Source of the DNA: Minisyncoccota bacterium
GTDB taxonomy: Bacteria > Patescibacteriota > Minisyncoccia > Phycocordibacterales > PALSA-1337
Length of the DNA stretch: 64,000 nt
Direction: 5' to 3'
Assembly (NCBI GenBank): GCA_041663145.1
Contig: JBAZRG010000003.1
Location: 1,000 to 64,999, forward strand
The notes beneath the pieces were generated by a model. The model was not told the origin of the DNA, ran no database searches, and saw only the letters and a list, made by a program, of their open reading frames with translations. This document shows, piece by piece, positions 50,060 through 59,726 of this stretch. The position numbers were made by a program, and so were the translations under genes. Position 1 is the stretch's first letter. Each line of letters starts with the position of its first letter.

Positions 50060-50605
50060 ATGACTAAACAACACGCAACAGGGGAACGCAACTGGTACGC
50101 GATACATACATACGCGGGCTATGAAAATGCGGTTGCCAGAAACCTAAAACAGCGTATTGACTCATTGGGCATGGAAGGAAAAATCTTCGCGGTTATTGTG
50201 CCAACCGAAAAAAAGATCAAGATCAAGGCCGGCAAGCGTGTCGAAGAAGAAGAAAAGATATACCCCGGTTATGTTTTGGTCGATATGGTAGTCACGGATG
50301 ATTCCTGGTATGTTGTTCGAAATACACCTAGAGTTACCGGTTTCGTCGGTGCAGGTGTTTCTCCTGTGCCACTTGATGCCAAAGAAGTCGAATCATTGTT
50401 CGCCAGAATGAAAAAAGACAATATGGAACATTCCATAGATTTGGTCGTAGGTGATCTAGTCAAGGTTGCCGATGGTCCATTCAAGGACTTTGAGGGCAAG
50501 GTTGCAGAAGTCGACAATCAACGAGGCAAGATCAAAGTCCTGGTATCGATGTTCGGTCGTGAGACTCCGGTCGAGCTTGATTTCTTGCAAGTAAAGAAAG
50601 TATAA
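50060..50605 (+). CDS. nusG: Transcription factor NusG
   Basis: WYAIHTYAGYE, PGYVLV, VRNTPRVTGFVG, KOW domain, FGRETPVEL. Confidence 0.98.
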   Translation: MTKQHATGERNWYAIHTYAGYENAVARNLKQRIDSLGMEGKIFAVIVPTEKKIKIKAGKRVEEEEKIYPGYVLVDMVVTDDSWYVVRNTPRVTGFVGAGVSPVPLDAKEVESLFARMKKDNMEHSIDLVVGDLVKVADGPFKDFEGKVAEVDNQRGKIKVLVSMFGRETPVELDFLQVKKV

Positions 50606-50649
50606 GGTAAGGTGAGATTACATTTCATTCATTCGTAAGTTATATAAAT

Positions 50650-51072
50650 ATGGCTAAAAAAATAATCAAAAAAGTTAAAGTAATCGCTCCAGCAGGCAAA
50701 GCTACGCCAGCTCCTCCTTTGGGCCCTACTTTGGGTCAGGCGGGCGTCAATATCGGTGATTTTACAAAGAAGTTTAATGATGCTACCAAAGACAAGATTG
50801 GCGACATGATTCCGGTTGTTATTACTGTCTATGAAGATCGTACCTATTCCTTCGTTTTGAAGACTCCGCCAGCATCAAGTCTCATCTTGAAGGCTTTGAA
50901 ACAAGAAAAGGGTTCTGGTAAGCCAAATACAAAAAAGGTTGGAACTCTGACGAAAGCACAGCTCAAGGATATTGCAGAAAAGAAAATGCAAGATTTGAAT
51001 GCAAATTCCATCGAAGCAGCTATGAAAATCATTGCCGGTTCAGCAAGATCTATGGGTGTGGAAGTGAAGTAG
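50650..51072 (+). CDS. rplK: 50S ribosomal protein L11
   Basis: [32 protein letters not shown]. Confidence 0.98.
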   Translation: MAKKIIKKVKVIAPAGKATPAPPLGPTLGQAGVNIGDFTKKFNDATKDKIGDMIPVVITVYEDRTYSFVLKTPPASSLILKALKQEKGSGKPNTKKVGTLTKAQLKDIAEKKMQDLNANSIEAAMKIIAGSARSMGVEVK

Positions 51073-51142
51073 TCACTATCTCTACGGAACTATTTGTAAT
51101 CGAAATCGAGTAGGTGAATAGTTTGGAAGGAATAAATAAAAG

Positions 51143-51170
51143 AAAAACACGTCTACGTAGGCGTGTTTTT
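51143..51170. terminator. Bidirectional terminator between rplK and the convergent gene
   Basis: AAAAACACGTCT-ACGT-AGGCGTGTTTTT. Confidence 0.7.
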
Positions 51171-51197
51171 AAGTCCGTGTGTCGTCATGGAGGAGAC

Positions 51198-51917
51198 TTA
51201 TAGATAAGATTCGAAATATAGACGTCGCTTGGTTGTCCAAACCACTTCACCAAACCCGCGAAGTTCTTCTGATATCTCTTCAATTCTGCCAAAATGTTGC
51301 TTGGTAATATCTTGGAGGACGCGATTTATCCCGTGTTCTTTTTCGCATTCGACTGCGTAATACAAATAGTCGATCTTTTGGAGGCCTTCAAAAAATAGAG
51401 CTTCAGCTTGATTGCTATTCCTCAAAGTGAGCAGGATCTTTCGGGCATCCGGTGGTAAGTCAGGATGATCTTCTAGTGCCCACTGAAGGAGGAAACATCT
51501 GTGGTATTCGGACCAAAGTTCTATTCCCAGAGCTTCGAATGCATCTCTGAATGCCTTGTATTCTTCCAAATCTTCATGACCTTTCTTAAAGGGAAGCGGT
51601 ATGTCTCGTTCCAACAAACCTTCCGGTATGTCGTGAATCTGACACGCTCGAGTGATGAGAAGTTCGTCCAGTCTGATATATGGACGCATTTGCAATAGGT
51701 ACGTCATGCATAGAAAATTTATTGAACTGGCATGGTCGTATCCCGTTTGGTGCCGAAGTTTGCCATCAAACATTTTTACGTATTGGCCGAACCGGACAAC
51801 TTTTTCCTGTCCTGATTGGAGCCTAAGCCAGACTTGATAAGTCTGACCGAAAGGTTCTGAAGTTGCTTTTTCACAGGCACCGTGACTAACCTGTAGAGTC
51901 GTTGATGCGTTTTTCAT
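51198..51917 (-). CDS. HD-domain hydrolase (YfbR-like)
   Basis: VVRF...DHAS, CQIHDIPEG...DI, K.D. Confidence 0.6.
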   Translation of the reverse strand: MKNASTTLQVSHGACEKATSEPFGQTYQVWLRLQSGQEKVVRFGQYVKMFDGKLRHQTGYDHASSINFLCMTYLLQMRPYIRLDELLITRACQIHDIPEGLLERDIPLPFKKGHEDLEEYKAFRDAFEALGIELWSEYHRCFLLQWALEDHPDLPPDARKILLTLRNSNQAEALFFEGLQKIDYLYYAVECEKEHGINRVLQDITKQHFGRIEEISEELRGFGEVVWTTKRRLYFESYL

Positions 51918-51998
51918 TTTGATTGTACAGTTGAGGTTTACTCAATGGCTGAGTATAGAATAGGTATATGAATACATAAAGTCAATCTTCTAGGCGTA

Positions 51999-52532
51999 TT
52001 AAATCAAATCTGATTGAGTTCCGTTCTCGGGACTTCCTGAATAATCAACAGCGTATTCGAGTAGAAGTGCGCCATTTTCGGCCTGTGAGGAACTGACTAG
52101 TCGGAGGTGATAGAGCATATCTTCTTTGAAAAGTCGGATGCCACTGCCAAATAGTATCGGCTCGATGGTGAGGAAAAGTCTATCGACGACTCCGGCTTTC
52201 ATGAACATCGTGTATATTTCAGATCCTCCACATATAGCCACCTCTTGGTGCCCGCGTCTTTCCAATTCAGCCAAAAGATCTTTCGGACCGGCATTCATGG
52301 TCTCGGCTCCTTCATAAGTTTTGGAACGGGAATAGACTATATTTACACGCTCTTTGAGTGCCCTTGGTAGTGTTTGAAATGTTTTTGAGCCCATTACAAC
52401 AACTCCAGCGCGTTTTGTTAGTTCGACGAATCTCTTTTTATCTTCTTTACTCGTCCAAAAAGCGGGATGTTTGTCATTTTTGGCTATGTAGCCATCGGCA
52501 GTCAATGCGGCAATGATGAATGTCTTTATCAT
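51999..52532 (-). CDS. Dihydrofolate reductase / RibD-C family protein
   Basis: IAALTADGYIA, VMGSKTF, L.ER.NIV, ICGGSEIY, EPILFGSGI.LF. Confidence 0.85.
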   Translation of the reverse strand: MIKTFIIAALTADGYIAKNDKHPAFWTSKEDKKRFVELTKRAGVVVMGSKTFQTLPRALKERVNIVYSRSKTYEGAETMNAGPKDLLAELERRGHQEVAICGGSEIYTMFMKAGVVDRLFLTIEPILFGSGIRLFKEDMLYHLRLVSSSQAENGALLLEYAVDYSGSPENGTQSDLI

Positions 52533-52585
52533 AATAATATTGTAGCATAAGATTTTATATGATAAGTTAGTTGAATAATACTTAT

Positions 52586-53215
52586 ATGACAAAAAAAGGA
52601 TTTATCACAAATGGGGGTATTTTTTCAATAGAGTCAAATTTCAATGATAGATTTGTGCCAAATTATAAAGATCTCAGCGATCTCGTGGTACATTGCAGAG
52701 GTTTGGGTTTAAAAATTGTTTTGACACAAGGTACTTATGATATGGTTCATATTGGCCATGCCCGTTATTTTGAGGAAGCTCGTAAACATGGCGATCTTTT
52801 GATTGTTGGTGTTGATAGTGATAAAAAAGTTCGTCAGCGCAAAGGGCCAGAACGACCGATTGTGCCTCAAAGTGAAAGGCTTGAAATGATAACTCATTTA
52901 AGATCAGTTGATATTGTTACTTTGAAGGAAAATAACATGCCTCGTTGGCATCTTATCAAAACTGTACGACCAGATGTTCTCATTGTGACCAAAGAGACAA
53001 TGGTTAAGTATGATGAGAAAGAAATCAGAGAGATGCGTTCGTATTGCGGGAAGGTTGTTGTGTTAAATCCGATGGCTACTACTTCGACGAGTGCAAAGAT
53101 AAGATTGCTTCAGATTAAATTGGCCAAAAAGTTTGAAAAAGCAATTGTTCCAAAACTGGCAGATATGATAAGTGCTGCGCTTGGACATCCACAAAATGCA
53201 GATAAAAAGAAATAA
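52586..53215 (+). CDS. Cytidylyltransferase-family (RfaE domain II/TagD-like) nucleotidyltransferase
   Basis: GTYDMVHIGH, VGVDSD, KGPERPI...ER, STSAKI. Confidence 0.85.
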   Translation: MTKKGFITNGGIFSIESNFNDRFVPNYKDLSDLVVHCRGLGLKIVLTQGTYDMVHIGHARYFEEARKHGDLLIVGVDSDKKVRQRKGPERPIVPQSERLEMITHLRSVDIVTLKENNMPRWHLIKTVRPDVLIVTKETMVKYDEKEIREMRSYCGKVVVLNPMATTSTSAKIRLLQIKLAKKFEKAIVPKLADMISAALGHPQNADKKK

Positions 53216-54059
53216 TCTTAAGAAGAAAATCGAGGTTATCATAGCCTATGTGCCTGTTCTGCATGAAGGATATCGCCGGTTCTTCGAGAAGCATCCAAAA
53301 GCCGACGCCCTTTATTTATTGAGCAGCGACATAACCAAAGAGTTCGTTCCTTTGGTCAAAGATATCAGAGCTTTGCCACCGGAGATGATCAGAGACTCAT
53401 TGATTGCTTGGAAAAGATTCAAAAAGATAGAGATCATAGATTCGTCCGACCTAAAGAAGGTGGCTGGCAATCGCAAAGTGATAATGCCTGATGAAGATGT
53501 TATGCATGAGATTAAGGAAAAGTTTTTACCTGATTTAGAAATCATCTTTGATACAATATTTTTGCGTTGGGATAAACACAAATCAAGCGAGGGACAGCCT
53601 GTGGATGTCGATCAGACGATCTCGGTAAAAGATTCCGATCAGGAGATCATCGCTCTTTTGAAAGCTGAAGCTGAAAAAAGCTCTGATTTTTGGAGGCATA
53701 TCGGCGCTGCAATAATGAAAGACGGCAAGATCGTCTTACAAGGGCATAATCATCACGTTCCTAGCGAGCAGACGCCTTACGTCGATGGCGATCCGCGCAG
53801 TGATTTTCATAAAGGAGTGAACCTAGAGCTCTCTACAGCTATCCACGCTGAGGCTTCCTTGATCGCTGAAGCAGCTAGGAAGGGGATAAAATTAGAAGGA
53901 GCAGAGATGTATGCTACTACTTTTCCTTGTCCTCCTTGCGCAAAATTGATTGCTTATTCAGGAATTAAAAAACTTTACTATGCGGATGGTTATGGTGTTC
54001 TTGATGCGGCGAAGATATTAAAAAGTAGAGGAGTAGAGATAGTGTTCGTAAGAAAATGA
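53196..54059 (+). CDS. dCMP deaminase-family protein with N-terminal extra domain
   Basis: IHAEA and FPCPPCAK zinc motifs; N-terminal AYVPVLHEGY. Confidence 0.85.
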   Translation: MQIKRNNLKKKIEVIIAYVPVLHEGYRRFFEKHPKADALYLLSSDITKEFVPLVKDIRALPPEMIRDSLIAWKRFKKIEIIDSSDLKKVAGNRKVIMPDEDVMHEIKEKFLPDLEIIFDTIFLRWDKHKSSEGQPVDVDQTISVKDSDQEIIALLKAEAEKSSDFWRHIGAAIMKDGKIVLQGHNHHVPSEQTPYVDGDPRSDFHKGVNLELSTAIHAEASLIAEAARKGIKLEGAEMYATTFPCPPCAKLIAYSGIKKLYYADGYGVLDAAKILKSRGVEIVFVRK

Positions 54060-54111
54060 TGTTTTAGAAAATAAAGGCATCTGTTAAGACTGGAATCTTT
54101 TTTTGTATCCA

Positions 54112-54585
54112 TTATTCTATCTTATAATCTTTTGGTTGACCGAATTTGAATTTCCAAGCCTCGTCACTATTCAACGCTTCGAGGTCTGGCTCTATCATGT
54201 GGGCGTGGATATGGAGGACACTGTTGCCGTATGATCCATGTGGAGGGTTGCTGCCAAAGCGCATGGCGATACCGCCGCCAGGAATATTTCTTTTTATCGC
54301 TTCTTCTTTGAACATCTCTATGAGCTCTGCTCCAGCATCTGGATCCATCTCAGATATATGCTCGATATGGGTTTTATATATGGCTAATAACTGATGTTTG
54401 ATCTTTTCATATGGCCACTGATTGTCGGTGAGGATCCAAAATTTACCCTCTTTCAGGATCGGCTTCTTGTGATATTTCAGGAGATTCTCCGTACAAAAAG
54501 GACAATGCTTCTGTTCAGCGATCTCATTCATGACTTCTTTCTGATCTTCGCGACGGATATTGTCCAAGATTATAAATTTTTTCAT
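54112..54585 (-). CDS. HIT-family hydrolase
   Basis: CPFC, NQWPY, SVLHIHAH. Confidence 0.85.
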   Translation of the reverse strand: MKKFIILDNIRREDQKEVMNEIAEQKHCPFCTENLLKYHKKPILKEGKFWILTDNQWPYEKIKHQLLAIYKTHIEHISEMDPDAGAELIEMFKEEAIKRNIPGGGIAMRFGSNPPHGSYGNSVLHIHAHMIEPDLEALNSDEAWKFKFGQPKDYKIE

Positions 54586-54603
54586 AGCAGATATCTGTGG
54601 AGT

Positions 54604-55515
54604 TTATATAGCAACTGGTATGCCTTTTATCCCCGGATGAGGAGCATAGTCGGAGAGAGCGAAATCTTCCTTCCTGAAATCAAATAGATTCTTCTTGTCT
54701 GGATTTATGGTTATAGTCGGAAATGCTTTAGCCTCGCGCTTGATCATCTCCTCTACAGCAGGGATCTGATCGACGTAGATATGACAGTCAGAGATCGTGT
54801 GGATATATTCATATGGCTCGGTTCCAGTGGCTTGGGCTATGGCCATGAGAAGTGCAGCGTACTGGATCATATTGGCGGGAACGCCTACAGGCAGATCTCC
54901 AGAGCGCTGGATCATATGAAGGGTTAATTTATTATCAAGGATGCGCAGGTGGATCCAGCCATGACAAGGAGCGACGACAACTTTCTGCTGTTTTCCAGTC
55001 CCACGGATGGTGTATTGAGGTATCCATGGGGTGATGAAGTGCGTGCGTAGGTGAGGGAATTCTTTCATCTGTTCGATAATATTCTTGAATTGATTGTAAT
55101 TTGAACCTTCAGATGTTGGAAAATCATGAAAAGCTGCTCCGTAAGATCCAGGGCCGAGGTCGCCAATTTCCAAATCGCGCTTCGAGCATTTAGCTTCTGT
55201 GCCCCAAGGTGCCCACCAATGACAGCCGAATTCCTCAAGCTTATTTAGGGTTCTAGCGCCATTTATGAAAGCTAGTATCTCTGCGATGGCTTGTTGCCAG
55301 ATCGTGACCTTGAGTATCTCGGAGACTTTTGGATTCATATTCCTCTCTGTTATCATGGGGAAGCCATTTTCCATTTTGAAATGCATCGATCCTGGTCCCA
55401 TGAGAGTTATGGCATCGACTTCTTGTTGGGTATTCGTGCGCACGCCTTTTTCTAATACTTGTCGCAAGAAATCGCGATACTGAGTGTCGGGTGTCCTTTC
55501 AGAGAATAGTTTCAT
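54604..55515 (-). CDS. thyA: Thymidylate synthase
   Basis: DLGP.SYG, APCH, QRSGD..VGVPAN, DCHIY. Confidence 0.93.
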   Translation of the reverse strand: MKLFSERTPDTQYRDFLRQVLEKGVRTNTQQEVDAITLMGPGSMHFKMENGFPMITERNMNPKVSEILKVTIWQQAIAEILAFINGARTLNKLEEFGCHWWAPWGTEAKCSKRDLEIGDLGPGSYGAAFHDFPTSEGSNYNQFKNIIEQMKEFPHLRTHFITPWIPQYTIRGTGKQQKVVVAPCHGWIHLRILDNKLTLHMIQRSGDLPVGVPANMIQYAALLMAIAQATGTEPYEYIHTISDCHIYVDQIPAVEEMIKREAKAFPTITINPDKKNLFDFRKEDFALSDYAPHPGIKGIPVAI

Positions 55516-55636
55516 AAGATAGATTTGCTCTTTGTGTTTATAATGAATGAATTATATCATGTTAAAATAAAAGTGAAGACGTTTAAAACCATGTAAAAAC
55601 TAGGATAAATAAGAGAATAATTTTAACGATAAGCCG

Positions 55637-56059
55637 ATGAACCTCAAGGTAAAAAAGCTCCACCAAAATGCCAAGATCCCATCCTACGCCCACCAAGGCG
55701 ATGCGGGCATGGATATATTCACTTTGGAAAGGACGGTGTTGAAGCTAGGGGAGAGGGTGGCTGTTAAGACTGGCATCTCGATGGAGATACCAGATGGCTA
55801 TGTCGGCTTGGTTTGGGATAAGAGCGGCATCGCGATACATGAAGGATTGAAAATCATTGGTGGAGTGATCGATAGCGGATATCGCGGGGAGATAATGATC
55901 GGTGTGATAAATCTTTCCGATAGAGAATATACCTTTGAAGCAGGTCATAAGATCGCACAGATGTTGATCCAAAAGATTGAGTCTCCAGAGATAGAAGAAG
56001 TCGATGGATTGTCTGAAACGGAAAGGGGACATGGAGGATTCGGCAGTACAGGGAAGTGA
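55637..56059 (+). CDS. dut: Trimeric dUTPase
   Basis: GDAGMD, KSG, GVIDSGYRGEI, IAQM, RGHGGFGSTG. Confidence 0.97.
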   Translation: MNLKVKKLHQNAKIPSYAHQGDAGMDIFTLERTVLKLGERVAVKTGISMEIPDGYVGLVWDKSGIAIHEGLKIIGGVIDSGYRGEIMIGVINLSDREYTFEAGHKIAQMLIQKIESPEIEEVDGLSETERGHGGFGSTGK

Positions 56060-56182
56060 TTTAATTAATAAAAACGATGATTTGATGAGAAAGATCGAAA
56101 ATAGGGCATACATATTAGTCTGTGTATAACCTGTTGATAATATGGGTATTGCTTTTTTAAATGAAAGGCGTACTGTATTAAT

Positions 56183-56352
56183 AGGTTAGTTCTATAGCAG
56201 AGCAATACACCATCGCACATAGTCGGGCTTTCTTTTCACTTTCTCTCCCGGCGGTTCGCTTCATGGTTGGTGCAAGCTAGGCTAGACACCGTTCTGCCCT
56301 TCGGTGTCGGGGCCGTCGATTCATTCCCTACAGATCGACGGCCCTTTTTTTT
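56183..56352 (+). ncRNA. Candidate ~170-nt small RNA
   Basis: Promoter-like TTGCTT/TACTGT upstream, internal stems, strong terminator 56310-56352, no meaningful ORF. Confidence 0.4.
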
Positions 56353-56378
56353 ATCTCAAAAAATGATAGGATTTGAAT

Positions 56379-57575
56379 ATGAACGATATACAAATAAAAA
56401 AACTTATTGAAACAGAGAAGAAAAGGCAGAAGAAAGTTATCAATTTGATCGCTTCGGAAAATTACGTGTCGAAAGATGTACTAGAGGCACTTGGTTCTGA
56501 GCTTACAAATAAATATGCCGAAGGGTATCCCGGTAAAAGATATTATGGAGGCAATGATATTGTCGATAAGATAGAATCTTTGTGTCAAAAGAGAGCATTG
56601 GAACTATTTGGACTTGATCCGGATAAATGGCATGTGAATGTTCAGCCGTTGTCTGGTTCGCCGGCAAATACCGCGGTTTACACAGCGCTCGTGCCACCCT
56701 TGGGAAAAATCATGGGTATGTCACTCGATCAAGGGGGACACCTTACTCATGGTCACAAAGTTTCGGCTACAGGTAAATTTTGGACTCAGGTTCCATATGG
56801 TTTGGATGGAACAACGGAAGTTTTGAATTACGATCAGCTTCGTGAGACGTCCATCAAGGAAAAGCCGGCTATCATTGTGACTGGATATACCGCCTATCCG
56901 CGCATTATAGATTGGTCGGAGATGAAAGAAGTTGCACAAGTCTCTGGCGCACTCCTCATGGTCGACATGTCGCATATTGCTGGTTTGGTAGCTGGTAAAG
57001 CATATCCTTCACCTTTTCCTTTTGCTGATATTGTGACGACAACGACGCACAAAACACTCCGAGGACCGCGCGCGGCTCTCATATTTGTAAAGAAAGATGC
57101 CCGTGAACTCGATCGAAAGATCGATAAGGCGGTATTTCCAGGTTTGCAGGGGGGACCTCATATAAATCAGATTGCCGCGGTGGCAGTCGCTCTCAAAGAA
57201 GCGGCCAGTCCAGCTTTCAAAAAATACGCCGCACAGGTAACGAAAAATGCAAAAGTTCTGGCAGAAACTCTGAGTCAGAACGGCTGGCGTCTGATCTCTG
57301 GTGGTACGGATTCACATCTCATATTGGTTGATACATGGAATGGTGGAAAAAAGAATGAAAATGGCGCCGGAGGTATTTCTGGTAAAGAGGCTAGTCTCAA
57401 ACTAGAATCTGCCGGAATTATAGTGAATAAAAACGCCATACCTTTTGACTCTAGACCTCCGATGGATCCTTCCGGTATTCGTTTGGGTACGGCTGCCGAG
57501 ACGACTCGAGGTGCTAAAGAAAAAGATTTCAAAGCTATTGCCCAAAAGATCGATAAGATATTGAGGTCAGAATAG
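56379..57575 (+). CDS. glyA: Serine hydroxymethyltransferase
   Basis: LIASEN, NKYAEGYPGKRYYGG, GGHLTHG, TTTTHKTLRGPR, FPGLQGGP. Confidence 0.98.
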   Translation: MNDIQIKKLIETEKKRQKKVINLIASENYVSKDVLEALGSELTNKYAEGYPGKRYYGGNDIVDKIESLCQKRALELFGLDPDKWHVNVQPLSGSPANTAVYTALVPPLGKIMGMSLDQGGHLTHGHKVSATGKFWTQVPYGLDGTTEVLNYDQLRETSIKEKPAIIVTGYTAYPRIIDWSEMKEVAQVSGALLMVDMSHIAGLVAGKAYPSPFPFADIVTTTTHKTLRGPRAALIFVKKDARELDRKIDKAVFPGLQGGPHINQIAAVAVALKEAASPAFKKYAAQVTKNAKVLAETLSQNGWRLISGGTDSHLILVDTWNGGKKNENGAGGISGKEASLKLESAGIIVNKNAIPFDSRPPMDPSGIRLGTAAETTRGAKEKDFKAIAQKIDKILRSE

Positions 57576-57624
57576 GAGTGCAAGAAAAGTGTTTTTGAAA
57601 AGATATCATTGAACACTTTTTAAA

Positions 57625-57921
57625 AAGAAAAAAGCGCGAGCCATCCTGTGATGTGCCTCGCGCCGTGTCTGCTAAAGTGGCCTCTCTCGATCATGATTGG
57701 AAACAGATCAACCCAATCATGAGAAGCGAGAGAGGAGCGATTTTTTCCACCATCAACTACCAAACGGACGCCTGTAGATGAGGAACCGATGCGATGGTGG
57801 AATATTTAAAGAACAATACTACTGAGTACCGCGAAGTATCATTCCCAACCGAAGGCTAGCATCCCAGACGGATGTCGCATATCGCCGGTTTACGGGAGAA
57901 TCACTCAAACCCGTAGCGTCT
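57625..57921 (-). ncRNA. Candidate ~300-nt structured non-coding RNA
   Basis: Minus-strand TTGACA (57950-57955) and TATACT/TACTAT (57926-57933), several stems, terminator 57622-57663. Confidence 0.5.
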
Positions 57922-58004
57922 GACAATAGTATATCTATTTTGTGTAAAATGTCAAATTTGACAGTTTTTAGGCACTTAATCAAAATTTTTGCTAGAATAA
58001 TACG

Positions 58005-59684
58005 ATGAATAAGCTTATTTTGAACCGATTGAATGAAATAGCAGGTGGATTGTCCATAGATCCTCATTCGATCAGATTGGATATACCTGAGTCTGTCGAG
58101 CATGGTGACTTCTCATCGAATGTAGCGATGGTGAATGCTAAGAAGTTAGGTCTATCGCCAAAGGATTTGGCGGAGAAGATCATCATTGAATTTGAGAAGG
58201 AAATGCCTGAGGCTATAGAATCTGTACATATCGCTGGACCGGGATTCATCAACTTTCGTTTCAAAGATGATTTTTTGGCTAAAAAAGTATTGGAGAGCCC
58301 ACAAGCAAAACAGGATTCAGTGAAAGAAAAAGTAATGGTCGAATATACAGACCCAAATCCTTTCAAGGTTTTTCATATAGGTCATCTGATGTCGAATGCC
58401 ATAGGTGAATCTATTTCGAGACTTATAGGATATTCTGGAAAACAGATTATCCGCGCAAACTGGCAAGGAGATGTTGGACCACATGTTGCCAAAGCGATTT
58501 GGGGGTCATTACACTTGGAAAGTAAAACAGATGAAATGCCAGAAGAGTATTGGGGTCGGGCTTATGTTCTCGGTAATGTGCAATCAGAATCGGACCCAGT
58601 AGCTAAACAGGAGATCGATGAAATCAACAGGAAGATTTACGATAGGAGTGATGAGAAAATAAATGAGATATATGATAAAGGACGCAGACAATGTCTAGAT
58701 GCATTTGAGAAAATATATGCGAGGTTGGGGACAAAATTCGATAATTATTTCTTTGAGGGCATCGAAGGTAGAAAAGGGCAGGCTATTGTAGATGAATTTC
58801 GAGAGCAGGGCGTCTTTGAGGAGAGTGATGGAGCGATCGTCTTTAAGGGGGAAAAATACGGTTTGCATACCCGAGTCTTCACAACTTCAAAAGGATTGCC
58901 TACTTATGAAACCAAGGAACTGGGTTTGAATCGGGAAAAGTTTTCTCTATATCCTGATCTAGATCAGTCGATCATCATCACTGCGAATGAACAGAGTGAT
59001 TATTTCAGGGTTTTGCTAAAAGTCATGGATCTCGTATATCCGGAGATCGCCACAAAGACCAAGCATATTTCGCATGGTATGTTACGTTTTGCATCTGGAA
59101 AGATGTCTTCGCGTACAGGCAACGTCATCTCGGCTGAATCTTTGATCTCGGAAATCAAAGAGATGGTGATAAAAAAGATAGCTGACAGAGATTTTTCCAA
59201 ATCAGAAACTGATCAGATATCCGATGAAATAGCGATAGGCGCGATAAAGTATACAATACTCCGTTCTTCCATCGGTGGCGATATCATATTTGATTCGGCA
59301 TCCTCAATATCATTTGAAGGAGACTCTGGACCGTATTTGCAGTATTCGGCGGTTAGAGCGGCGTCGGTTTTGGAGAAAGCTCGATCGGCAGAGCAAAAAA
59401 ATTCCGGTGAAATCGTTTTTCCGGATAAAGTCGGAATTCTAGAGAGATTGATAGTTTGTTTTTCGTATACTGTAGAGAGAGCTCAAAGTGAACTTGCTCC
59501 ACAGATCGTGGCAAACTATCTGATCAGTTTGGCTGGGGCATTCAACGCCTATTACGCTACACAAACTATTATCGACAACAACGATCCGTTATCACCTTAT
59601 CGGCTGGCTCTGGTTAAAGCATTTAGGGATACGATGGAGCAAGGATTGTTCATTCTTGGTATCAAGATTCCAACGAAGATGTGA
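58005..59684 (+). CDS. argS: Arginine--tRNA ligase
   Basis: HGDFSSN, GPGFINF, PNPFK.FHIGH, KMSSRTG, GDSGPYLQY. Confidence 0.97.
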   Translation: MNKLILNRLNEIAGGLSIDPHSIRLDIPESVEHGDFSSNVAMVNAKKLGLSPKDLAEKIIIEFEKEMPEAIESVHIAGPGFINFRFKDDFLAKKVLESPQAKQDSVKEKVMVEYTDPNPFKVFHIGHLMSNAIGESISRLIGYSGKQIIRANWQGDVGPHVAKAIWGSLHLESKTDEMPEEYWGRAYVLGNVQSESDPVAKQEIDEINRKIYDRSDEKINEIYDKGRRQCLDAFEKIYARLGTKFDNYFFEGIEGRKGQAIVDEFREQGVFEESDGAIVFKGEKYGLHTRVFTTSKGLPTYETKELGLNREKFSLYPDLDQSIIITANEQSDYFRVLLKVMDLVYPEIATKTKHISHGMLRFASGKMSSRTGNVISAESLISEIKEMVIKKIADRDFSKSETDQISDEIAIGAIKYTILRSSIGGDIIFDSASSISFEGDSGPYLQYSAVRAASVLEKARSAEQKNSGEIVFPDKVGILERLIVCFSYTVERAQSELAPQIVANYLISLAGAFNAYYATQTIIDNNDPLSPYRLALVKAFRDTMEQGLFILGIKIPTKM

Positions 59685-59726
59685 TGATGATTGAAATAAG
59701 CGTTATTTTACCGTAAGCTGTAGGAC

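Noticed and set aside
56183-56352. THF or ZTP riboswitch for glyA
   Set aside because: Consensus motifs not recognisable and glyA appears to have its own promoter; kept only as an unassigned RNA candidate.
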